From the human T2T-CHM13v2.0 reference genome, Homo sapiens: 64,000 nucleotides of DNA. The DNA lies in the NCBI RefSeq assembly GCF_009914755.1, contig NC_060941.1; one strand, given 5' to 3'. A program made the translations under genes and the position numbers. Positions 35,300 through 48,729 of this stretch are shown here, piece after piece. Numbering within the stretch: position 1 is the first letter of the stretch; every line of letters starts with the position of its first letter. The notes beneath the pieces are model-generated. The model did not search any database. It saw only the letters and a program-made list of their open reading frames with translations, and was not told the origin of the DNA.

Positions 35300-35913
35300 G
35301 GAGGGTAGCATGGTGGCGCACACCTGTAATCCCAGCACTTTGGAAGGCAGAGGGGGAAGGACTGCCTGAGACTGTGAGTTCAAGACCAGTGTGGCCAACA
35401 TAATGAGACTCTGTCTCTAAAATAAAATTTAAAAACTTAGCGGGGCATGGTAGTGCACTCCTGTAGTCCCAGCTACTTAGGAGGCTGAGGCCCAGGGATC
35501 TCTTGACTTCAGGAGGGTGAGGCTGCAGTGACCCATGATTGCACCACTGCATTCCACTCCAGCCTGGGTGACAGAGTGAGACCATGTCTCAAAAATAAAA
35601 TAAAAATACATAAATAAATAAATAAATATTTAAAAATATAGGCCAGGTGCAGTGGCTTATGCCTGTAATCCCAGCACTTTGGGAGTCCGATGTGGGTGGA
35701 CCACTTGAGGTCAGGAGTTCAAGACCAGCTTGGCCAACATGGTGAAACCCTGTCTTTACTAAAAATACAAAAAAAAAAAAAATTAGCTGGGCATGGTGGC
35801 ACGTGCCTGTAATCACCATATTGGCCAGGCTTGTCTCGAACTCCTGAACTTGTGGTCCGCCCACCTCAGCCTCCCAAAGTGCTGGGATGACAGGCGTGAG
35901 CCACCATTCCCGG
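35300..35913. mobile_element. AluJ (+) followed by a fused sense/antisense Alu chimera
   Basis: See finding at 35641-35913. Confidence 0.85.
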
Positions 35914-35957
35914 TCACTATTTGGAAATTAACATCATTCTTCTAAATAACCCATGGG

Positions 35958-36081
35958 CCTTTTCTGCCTCAACTGCTTCCAGGGCACCTGTGGAAAAAGC
36001 TTGTGATGAGGTGGGGCAAAAAATAGAAGCCAGTTCTCAAGTTCACCTTTGATTGTACCCACCCTACAGAAGATGGAATCA
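35958..36081 (+). pseudogene. RPL22 processed pseudogene, 5' fragment
   Basis: Pyrimidine leader, then (AGG)APV[+1][28 protein letters not shown] versus recalled RPL22 [33 protein letters not shown]; start lost, frameshift, stop. Confidence 0.85.
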
Positions 36082-36139
36082 ATTTACAAAAATTTACCAA
36101 ATTACAAAAATTTATTAAAATGATTTTAGTAAAATTAGA

Positions 36140-38689
<2,550 letters not shown>

Positions 38690-39839
38690 AAAGAGGAATT
38701 TTTTGAATTTAAAGTCTATATAGAAAATAAGGAAAATAAGAGCCCATTCAACTACAAACCCATAGGGTGAAATGATTTCACTGTCACATACACACACACA
38801 CAAAACAATAAATTTTCCGTATTAAGAGGAAAAAAAGGAAAAGAATTCCCAAGGAAAACAGGGAGGCAATAAAGATAACCGGCGACTGTGACTGCTGGTG
38901 TACTGTGTCCTCCCCCAGTTAAGCAAACTATCATTCATCCACCTGTATGTCCGGGGAACAGGCTCAATCAACTCTGCGAAGCTTTCCCAAAGTCAGGCTT
39001 TCTGTCCTTTGGGCTTCTACAGTAGGCTGTTCATAGCGCTATGTTAGTATTTATTAAAGTTTTGCAATCCCAGGAAGTTTTTCACATCACTCTGCCCTTT
39101 AAATACCTTTGTTTACCACTTAGAATGTGCCAGGCAATTGGCATTAATTCACCGAATCCTTACAATTTTTTTTTTTCGCGGTGTGTGTGTGTGGGGGGGG
39201 GGGGGGCGGCGGGGGGGTATTCCTAATTTCCAGAAACTGAATCTCAGAAAGGTTAACTGAGCAAGGTCACAGAGCGAACGCATCACAAAGTCAGGATGTG
39301 GTGCAGATCGGTCCATTTTCAATACAAGCTCTTTCTACCACGACAGGTTATTTTGCACTTGGGGACAGTTTTTAACTTTCCATTCTCAACTCCTATCCTA
39401 GCTCCTGGCACAGAACATGTCATCCAAGTTAGGCATCATCGTCGCCTGCTCTTGGTGAAGTTTTCTTTTGCGTACTGCGGAGAGATGCGCTCATTACCAG
39501 CTGGCGGTGGAGTCGCTGAAACGCAAATGGATTTGAGACTGAGCGACTCCCATCTCTATGGTTGGTATGTGACCCATCTATCCTCTGGAGGACTCAGCAA
39601 GGACTACCAGTCACCAGACAACTTTACGCGCACGTGGTCGCAAGGTGAACTTGCTATTGGTTAATGGCAGTAAAGCCCGCCCATCAGCGCTGGTCTGCTC
39701 CTTTAAAAGAACGCCATCGACGCTCCCCTGTCTTTCAGCGCCTGCAGGTTCCGGGAGGTCAGGTTGTATTCCTGGCGGGTCGTCTGGCTGGGTGGGCCCC
39801 GGAGGTCGTGGCTCGGGAGCAGGGAGGCGTAGGGGGGCC

Positions 39840-39919
39840 GGCCTGCTGTGATGACATTCCAATTAAAGCACGTGTTAGACTGCTGACGCGGGTGATGCGA
39901 ACTGGAGTCTGAGCCTGCC
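39840..39919 (+). ncRNA. SNORD104: Box C/D snoRNA SNORD104 (U104)
   Basis: C box GTGATGA 39848-39854, D' CTGA 39883-39886, C' GTGATGC 39892-39898, D CTGA 39909-39912. Guide GCACGTGTTAGACT 39868-39881 is complementary to 28S AGUCUAACACGUGC; the +5 rule hits the C (Cm1327/1340). Confidence 0.95.
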
Positions 39920-40100
39920 CGAGCGGAGCTGGGAGGGGGCTGGCGGGCGGGCGCGCGCACACCCGCTGATCTATCACTCTCGTTCTTGTAGCTCCCAGCC
40001 GAGGACGTCGGATGTCATCGTCCTTGCTGCTTTGCCACCCCATTCCCGTCAATAAAGTGGTTTGAACCCAACCCTGGTGTCGGTGTGTGTCGTTGGCGAC

Positions 40101-40233
40101 GCGCTGTCTTTGAGCCCCCGCCGAGCTTCCTCGTGGCGCCGGGGGTCAATCTGCAGCGCTAGAGCATGTGCTTGCGCATAACTGGGGCCGCCTGGCCTCC
40201 CGCGGGCGGCCTTTTTAACCGCGAGCGACAAGA
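40101..40233 (+). ncRNA. SNORA50C: Box H/ACA snoRNA SNORA50C (SNORA76/ACA62)
   Basis: Two hairpins; H box AGAGCA 40161-40166; ACA 40228-40230, 3 nt from the end. Pockets TCTTTGA/CAA and CATAACTG/TTTAA complement 18S rRNA around U34 and U105. Confidence 0.93.
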
Positions 40234-41142
40234 AGTAACCTGACTGTCCGGCTGCTAGGCTGGGCAATTTTCCAGCTGTTTTGCCACGACAGGCCTCAAT
40301 CCGTAATACCAAGGCTGGAATGGCGTGTTAGGGGGGCGGTGGCTGACGGGGATACGCGGACTCTTGATGCGTAAGGAGTGCCCCTCTGCTCCCATACGTT
40401 CCCCAGCCCAGCCTTCCCTGAGTGTATCGCGCGCGCTGTGCCTTCGCCGTGAGTTCGACATAAGTCCCAGGCTGTCGCGTCTGCCATCAGACGCGCAGAT
40501 TTAGTTGAAGGCAGCGTGGAATGGCGTCTGCAGGGCTGTTGTGTACTTGACATAAACAGATTCGGTGTGGAACTGCATTGAGTTAACTCCTGACTAAAGG
40601 GTAATCGACCTGTTTACAAATAACCATGCAGGAGTACTGACAAGCATGGGACTAAAGCTTTGGGCAGGTTAATCTGTCACTCCTAAACAGTTCAAAATTA
40701 TAGGGCGGTTGTGAAGGTGAATTAGATTTTATATATGGTTGGGGACAACATAGACACCTAGTTACACAGTCCAGATTCAGTGATTGGTAAAAGATCTTCC
40801 ACAAGGGCTCCAGTGAAAGGTGCATCAGTTCTGAGTACAGGGCAGCAATGGTGGGCAAGGATGCACGTATGCGTTCACTACATGGACATTCGATGAATGA
40901 AGGTGTCCCGAATTAACATTATACTAGACAATGAAGGGTGTAAACTGCAGCCCAGGAGCACCACTGCCCTACCCCCTCAGTTACGAACTTTCACTGGATT
41001 CTTTAAATGTGGGCTGAAGATAATGGCACATAGTTTGAAGGATGTAGTGAGGATGGCTTTGTAGCCTTAGGACTGGGCAGTGATCAACGCAGTAAATGAA
41101 AGCTGCGATTGCCAGGTGAGGGCCCCGGTGCTCTGTACTCAT

Positions 41143-41222
41143 TTTATTGTGCCCCTATCTGAACAGGATTCCGTAGAAATGACTTAGATGCTTATCTAGT
41201 ATTTGACATTGAGATATTTATT
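41143..41222 (-). terminator. TEX2 poly(A) signals (two AATAAA)
   Basis: tttatt at 41217-41222 and at 41143-41148. Confidence 0.7.
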
Positions 41223-42730
41223 TTGTGAAACAATGCAAGCGATTTTAAATCCCCACATACTATTTGATTAAGTGCAACATGGTACAGTCATGTGTAATCT
41301 CTTTACACGATAGTGCATCTAGTCCTTAGCCTTTAGTTATTGCACAACAATTATAAAGACCAGTGACCAGGACACGTGGACTCTGACAGGCAGATCGGCC
41401 TACACAACGAAAAATCAGAACAGTACACCAACTGGAATGGTCAAACAATTTAAGTCAAATGTTTTAATGGTGCAATTAAAATAAGGGTTCAAACATGTTT
41501 TCAATATATTAATTTCTTTAAAGTCATGTTCAGGCAAGGTGCTGTTTAAAAAACCACTATTAGCTTTGTCCACACATGTAAGTTATCAAAAGTTACCCAA
41601 GGTAATTTTGACGTTGAATGCAGCTTTAAACAATAAAAAAATGGTATTAGGTTTACTTCTCGAAGCAAAGAGAGCCCCCAACCTTGTAAACTAAACATTC
41701 TGACACAAATGCACAAAATTAAGTTGGCAACATTAATTTTGAGATGTAGTGTGATGCTGAGCAAACTTTTGGTCTTGACTCTTGAAATAATTAAAGAGAG
41801 CAGTTCTCCGTTTTGGCCTTCAGGAAGGGAAATCTGCCCATGGAACTCTCCCAATCAGATTAACAAACTGTTTCGATTCCCATATAAACCTGGAGGACAC
41901 AGGAAACGCCAGATGGAAAAACTGGCTCTGGCTTTCTAACCCCATCCCATCTGTATGAGAGGACCCATCCTGTCATGTGCAGTGTTTGATGTTTTCACAT
42001 ACGCTCCTGTCTCAGGAAAACATTCAAGATTAGCTAGCCCCCAGGTGGTTGTACCTCATTGGTGAAAGGCTTGGGATGGTTTGATCTCATGGCTTTGCCT
42101 GATGTTCACATAAATCCCACTGTCCTTACCCAAGCTGATAGCGTGTTGTGTGTGTACTATGGCTACTTGCTTCCCAAATGCACAATTTAATGTGGAAAAT
42201 AAGTTGCTCTGCCCATCTCTTCTGTCACCGAAATGAAAAGGCTCACAGAATTCCTCTCCCCACCCTCCAGACACATTGCACACTGACATTCTCTGGAAGT
42301 GTGGAAGGCCGCATACAAAGTATAGAAGTGAAAAAGTCCACTGTGCACCGGCTGCCTGAAGAAAAGCTTTGGAGGAGTAGAGGAGGCAAGTTGTTCAGCT
42401 TTGCTCTTACTGTGCTCATTTGCTGCCACAAACATGGGTAGACTTTTAAAAGCCATGGTGTGGGTCACGTATAACTTCTGGATCCACCATGATTCTTCCA
42501 TGGTCTCCTTTGCCAAATCAAAGCTTTGCAGCAGGCAATCCAGACAGTTGTCACTAGATGCAGGGAATGACACCTCACAGTGGAATGGGCACTGGCAGGC
42601 AGAGGGCAGAAGCAGTCCTTTAAGAAACAGTAGCTGTGGCACAGAGGCCAGTGCTACAGTACAGATGGCGGCCAAGAACCCCACACATCCAGCTCGATGT
42701 CACAATATGGGGAACATCTGACATCACCCA
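41195..42730 (-). other. TEX2: TEX2 3'UTR
   Basis: Non-repetitive sequence between the stop codon at 42731 and minus-strand AATAAA at 41222-41217; exact cleavage site estimated. Confidence 0.8.
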
Positions 42731-42853
42731 TCATGGCTGATCAGCAGCCTCCACAGGTGGGTCTTTCAGGAGGCAGGAAGTAGAGCGAGGGTCCATGGCT
42801 GAGTGCATTATAGTGATATAAACATCATCCATGTTTGGCATGACAAAAACTTT
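42731..42853 (-). CDS. TEX2: TEX2 last coding exon KVFVMPNMDDVYITIMHSAMDPRSTSCLLKDPPVEAADQP*
   Basis: Acceptor cctacAG (42855-42854); 41 codons ending TGA; matches the recalled C-terminus of the SMP-domain ER protein TEX2. Confidence 0.95.
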   Translation of the reverse strand, partial: KVFVMPNMDDVYITIMHSAMDPRSTSCLLKDPPVEAADQP

Positions 42854-43259
42854 CTGTAGGAAGATATTAAAGAACAGCTATGTGGAAGAATGCCTTGCCA
42901 GGCTGTCACCCTCCTTTGTTCTGATAATTTTAGGGCTTAGACTGATTTTTAAAAGTACATATAAAAACTTGCTATGCATTCCAAACTAATTCTCCCACCA
43001 TACATACTTTAGAAAGAGTTGAGGAATCATACCAGCGCATGGATACGAGAATCCTCTAATATATCAGCTCGGAGGCAGAAGTGGCCTTTGATTTTGTATA
43101 CATATAATAAGGTTGCCCATATGCACTGATATATATCCAACAATTTAAGAGAATTGGCTTAAGCTGTTCACAGTAGTTCCCAGTTACTATGTCTAGAACA
43201 CATATTCCATGTGAATTATCCTTTTATTAATAAATCCTAGCGATAAAATGTAAGCTAAT

Positions 43260-43741
<482 letters not shown>

Positions 43742-44602
43742 TCAGTAGGTTCAAAGTACTTTTCTATTTGGTGATGACATTAAGCTTTTTCAGAAATTGG
43801 TTATCAGTTATGTTTAATCTCTAGTTTTTAAATAAGAGGATTTTTTTAAGGCAGTAACTCAAAATATACCACTGCAAAAAGAATGTAGGTCTTCTTCAAA
43901 AGGTGAATTTCATTAAAAGTAAATAGTTTGCTAATCCATAAAACCCCGACAGACAACTGTGCTTCAAATATCTGATAAAAGTTTGATGGAAATAGCTCAT
44001 CCTAGGGCCTCAGCTATACTGCTATTACCTTTGGTGGCCAAATGCAGAAAGAAAAGCTGAGAGAGTAAGCTCTGGCTTAATGAACTCCCAGACTACACTA
44101 GAAGCTACCCAGGGGAGGGAGAGGCCAGATTCATCTTTGGACTCCCAGGGCAGGTGGTACCTGGCACACAGAAGGGTTTCCAGGAATGTTTGTTGAACTG
44201 AACAAACTGAGCAAGGTGAACAGCACACAAGAACAGGGGGCAGCCTCCCTGCCCACAGGCCGGGTGCTAAGAGTTGGGCAAGGCCAGGCCTTGCGTAAGA
44301 GAAAACAAAGCCTGACAGTCCTGGCAGGCTTGCTGGGAAAAGACATCATCATTTTGCTCTGACCCAAATCTTTTGGGTTTCCTCTGAAGATGACTTAGTA
44401 ATGTTCTGTGGATAAGTTTCAGGGCTTTGATACTGTACCTGAAGTTTTATTCCCATATTTGATCAAATGTAATACTCTTCCGGGATGAAGGTCACCATCA
44501 GATTTTCAAAAGAGGATCCTGACCCAGCTGAAGTTCAGAACCTCGGCTAAACCCAGAGCTTCTATACTTGGTGTGAAATACTAGATAACACTAGAGGTTT
44601 AC

Positions 44603-44723
44603 CTGAAACTCTTGCTCCAGTTTCTTCTCTATCCAGTCTGTCACATGAACTAAAGTCACTTCTCTCTCTCCAAGTTTTGGCCGAGCTTTCAGCTCCACAT
44701 GTGGTGGCTTTCGGAAACCATAC
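44603..44723 (-). CDS. TEX2: TEX2 exon YGFRKPPHVELKARPKLGEREVTLVHVTDWIEKKLEQEFQ
   Basis: 121 nt, AG/GT bounded (donor CAG|GTAAAC), phase-compatible with both neighbours. Confidence 0.95.
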
Positions 44724-46706
44724 CTTTTTGAAGACAAGTAATAACCACATTTAGAAGCAAAGCAAGGAATGAGACAGGCACTGACAGCAAACAGTTCTCA
44801 TTTACATGGGGCTTTATCACTACTTAAAATGTTATTTTCTTCTGAAAATGCCCTCTAAAAATATTCCACACACAAAGTATGAATTGTGAACCCCCTGTGT
44901 TCCCTGGATGGTGTTAGGGCTGTGGCGGATTTAGAACAGTTCTGACAAACTGAGAGAGCCAGGAAGCACCACTGGAAAAGTCCATGACCTGGGCATTGGT
45001 TTCTGTTTTTTTCTAAAATGGCAATAACCTTTTTTCTTTCAATTTTTATAAAAGTAGTATATGTACATTACAAAAACAAAACATACATACAAGCAGATAA
45101 AGCAGAGAGTGAAAGACACACTGCCTCTCTCTGAATGTCATCCCCAAGAGAGGACTATTGACAGAAGTAGGGTGAACTCCCCTTACATTCTCCTGTGCAT
45201 ATGTCGATCAATAAGGTTTGAAACCTGTTTTTTCATCCTACACCCCAACAATACGCTTTGTATGACTTCCCGAGGGAGCAGACTGGCAATCAGAACTGTT
45301 GGCAAAGTATCCAGACAAGACCCTGTATGCTATCAACTATCTAAAACCTTAAATCTGTCCTGGACCAGTGCTTTTGGAAATACAGTAAAAATGTCAAGTT
45401 GCCATAAATATTTCTAAACACTCTATACTTATCTTTATGGATCAATAACACATAGTTCAGCATTTGAGCATGCCTTGGGTAGCACTATCCTAGAGCCCTT
45501 TTATTTTATCTCCCCCTGAGCAGAGGCATTTAAAACTGATAAATCTAAAGAATTGGCAGTAAGGAGAAGAAATGTATCAATTTTAACTATTAAAATTTTT
45601 TTAAGGTTTGAAAGACCATACAATATATTAACAGTGGTTATTTCTGGATGGTGAGATTATGGGTTTTTATTTATTTATCTATTTTTCACCTTTTCCCAAT
45701 CTTTCTCTTTTTTTTAACAATGAAAATATTACTTTAAAAAAGTATAAAAAGGCATTTTAAAGTTTTATTGGGAAATACCAGCATTATCGTTAAATGGTTA
45801 GTCAATTCAAAACCCCTCTTCTGATCATTCCTACAAATCCTTCTGAATACCGATGGTATGTACTAGCATGTTGGTTTTACTCTATGATAGAACAGAGCTA
45901 TATTTTTGTTATGAGTGTAGTTTATGGTACAATGAGATCTCTTATGCAATCACTATTTACACTTATGCCCATTTTTATAGGACTTAGCATGTCAATTTTA
46001 AATTGAGATTCACAGGCAGTGATGCTGAACTCATCAGTAATTTATTTCAGTGACTCTCAACCCTGGCTTCATCACCCCCGACCCCTGAAATCCGGGGGGA
46101 TGGGCCAGGCATAGCTATATTTTTAGCAAGTCCCCAGGTGATTTTAACATGCAGCTGGGGCTGAGAATCCAGTCCTCAGACACCAAATGCACATGCTCCT
46201 GACTCCTCAGCATTGAGGCCTAACTCAGGGAAGTCTCCCTAACTTCCCAGACTCTGTTGGATGTGTGATCCCCATCTTTAAAGTAGGGATAACAATGGCA
46301 TCTACCTCAACAGGATGCTATGAGGACTAATCAGGTAATGCAATTACAACCAGGGCCAGGCAGAGAATAAAGGCGCTATCTACAAATGACAGCTGTTATT
46401 ACTGGCAGAACAGTTGGCTTTACAGAGGAGGAAGACCAATAATAGAAACAGCTTATCTCATAAACTTCATGTATTGACTTTAACTTTTCCTACCATGTGA
46501 ACATGAATTCTTGAATGTGAATTCACCACTCACAGAAGAAAGTACCATCAGATTTGCAACTAATATTAAGGTCCCATGAAAATTGTTTGGAAGTGCTTCT
46601 GCCCGGGAGAAGGTACTTTCCATAACCTCAAGGTTAAGCAGGCTGGGATTTCTGTGGCCATGCAATAGGAGGAATCACTTATTGTCCCTGAGGGCCCTCT
46701 ACGCAC

Positions 46707-46916
46707 CATACTCGGTCAGTCGGGGGTGGTGGAATGTTGACCGCCAAGGTTCCTCTACATTCTTGTACTTCAACAGTGAGCAGCAGGGGTGTGTTGGAGA
46801 CTTCTTCGATCTTCTTTTTAATAAACTCTGTCTCTGTTGCTTTTTGGAAATATTTTGACTTGGTAATTTTATCAACAAACCTCATAATCTTACTTGTTCG
46901 ATGACCTCCAACGTAC
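46707..46916 (-). CDS. TEX2: TEX2 exon YVGGHRTSKIMRFVDKITKSKYFQKATETEFIKKKIEEVSNTPLLLTVEVQECRGTLAVNIPPPPTDRVW
   Basis: 210 nt; acceptor tttgaAG, donor TG|GTGCGT; overlaps ORF 46679-46885; SMP-type motif PPPPTDRVWYGF spans the junction. Confidence 0.95.
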
Positions 46917-46999
46917 CTTCAAATGTGGAACACAAAGGGCGGTTAGCACAAACTTTGCTCTTTTCACAGACAAAAACCTGTGGCTCTTCGTTCCCCTTA

Positions 47000-47205
47000 C
47001 TTTAGAGCACCACTCGATGTTTTGGATGTGGTGATTCTGTGTTGGGGCGGGGGGCATCCTGTGCATTGCAGGGTGTTCAGCAGCATCCCTGGTCTCTACC
47101 TACCAGATGCCAATAGCACTCCCCCTAGTTATGACAATAAAAAATGTTGCCAGACATCGGCAAATGTCCTCTGGGGGGCCAAATCACCCCCAGTTGAGAA
47201 CTACT
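47000..47205 (-). mobile_element. MER20
   Basis: cagcatccctggtctctacc...gccaaatcacccccagttgagaac. Confidence 0.8.
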
Positions 47206-47482
47206 ACTTCAGAGAAGGTGTAAATGTCTGAAACAGTCCAAACCTTGACAATGGAGAGCTGGACAAAGTCCTCATGCAGAGGTTTCTCACCTGTCCTCCT
47301 TTATACTACTCCAATACCAGACAGAAATCCAATGACATATCAATCTCATAATCTCCATGCAGCAAGTAACAAATCATGCTGCATCAATAGGACATAAATC
47401 AGTAATTAATGGACTGTCTTTAGGTGGTGTCACATGGCTACCTTGAGTGGCAATTACTTTTCAAAGGGCTTGGAACTTCTTA

Positions 47483-47715
<233 letters not shown>

Positions 47716-48603
47716 AAATGCTACACCAAGTTGACGTGCTCACAGGCCAAGAAAATAAGCTGTTGTATCAGGTCACATGTACCATGAGACTCAGAAGAAA
47801 GGATATTTGCTTTTTAAAATCCCCCACAGTTCCAGAACATGAGGAAAAGTATGTGTTCAGGGAAAAGCAATCATTCTTAAGAGGGTCAAGCAGCTAGACT
47901 GTAAATAATACACACAAACTTTGGCACCAACTCCTCAAACATCTGAATTCTCATCTCCTGTAGGATTTCAAAAGTGAATAGGTTGGTTTTTTCTTATAAA
48001 AGTTTCTGAATTATTTGGCTTCTTTTAGTTTCTTCAATTCACTTTATGTAATTAAAAGATCATTGTGGATAGGCTATTTAAGCACTTTGATCATTTCACA
48101 GCCCAAGTTAACAGGGAAAGAGTAACCCCCTCCAAATGAAGTTCATGATCCAAAAGATCAGCTCAGTCATCAGCGCTTTCAAAACTCGCCAAAGAAAATC
48201 ATCTGAATGTTTCTGCTTTGCAGGAACTTGCAGCTCAACAGAAGCAAATGCACTCCAGCTGAAGCTGAGGGGAGGGAGGCTCTCCGGGGGGAGGGGGTGT
48301 ATGCTCGGTTCCTTCTGAAGGCTCAGGGAGATGCTTTTCATCATCAGCACACCCTTCAACTTCTCTATTATTTAATCAAACAGCAGCAGAAAGCCATTTT
48401 AGTAAGGAAAGCTATATGGGTCTTTTTGCTTGGTTGCCTGGAATTTAAACAGACCACTGACCTGGGATATTAATTAAAAAACCATCTACTCAACATTAAA
48501 GAGGAAGGAAGATCACAGAGGAAGGAAGGGAAACAAGGTTCACTCCCAACTTGCTGTCCTGATCCCTGGAGACTCAGAGGCACAGAAGCACTGATCCACT
48601 CAC

Positions 48604-48729
48604 CCTTCAGCCCCTGGGAGGAGCTGTTTGTCTCCCCCGCTGGGCTCTGGGGCATCGTCTTCCTCGGAGGAGCCAGCGCTGGAGGATTCCTCATCGCTGT
48701 CCGCCAGACAGAATGCCCGGGGCCTGCAA
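48604..48729 (-). CDS. TEX2: TEX2 exon CRPRAFCLADSDEESSSAGSSEEDDAPEPSGGDKQLLPGAEG
   Basis: 126 nt; polypyrimidine acceptor tctctgtccAG, donor GG|GTGAGT; in frame with flanking exons. Confidence 0.93.

Larger units (their letters stand above)
39732..40233 (+). ncRNA. SNHG25: SNHG25 snoRNA host gene (5'TOP-like start, short exon 1, intron with SNORD104, exon 2 from 39992, AATAAA 40051)
   Basis: TOP start 30 nt after the TATA-like box; branch-like CTGAT 39966-39970; acceptor TTGTAG ending 39991; AATAAA 40051-40056. The exon-1 donor is ambiguous (after 39757 or 39762). Confidence 0.8.
39440..40530. promoter_or_regulatory. CpG island / SNHG25 promoter
   Basis: CpG-rich; E-box CACGTG 39631-39636, inverted CCAAT 39656-39660, TATA-like TTTAAAA 39702-39708, YY1-like CGCCAT 39712-39717, pyrimidine start CTTTC at 39732. 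Confidence 0.8.

Noticed and set aside
39631-39660. ERSE-like CCAAT...CCACG on the minus strand of the SNHG25 promoter
   Set aside because: Spacer is 18 nt rather than the required 9. The ERN1 CCAAT at 24963 also lacks CCACG at N9.
39741-40156. CTGCAG motifs in SNHG25 exon 1 and SNORA50C as IRE1/RIDD cleavage sites
   Set aside because: No XBP1-like stem closing a 7-nt loop; the SNORA50C copy is in the basal stem of a nucleolar RNA.
42187-42721. 165-aa and 106-aa ORFs just after the TEX2 stop
   Set aside because: Lie in the 3'UTR, start at non-ATG codons, and show no recognisable homology.
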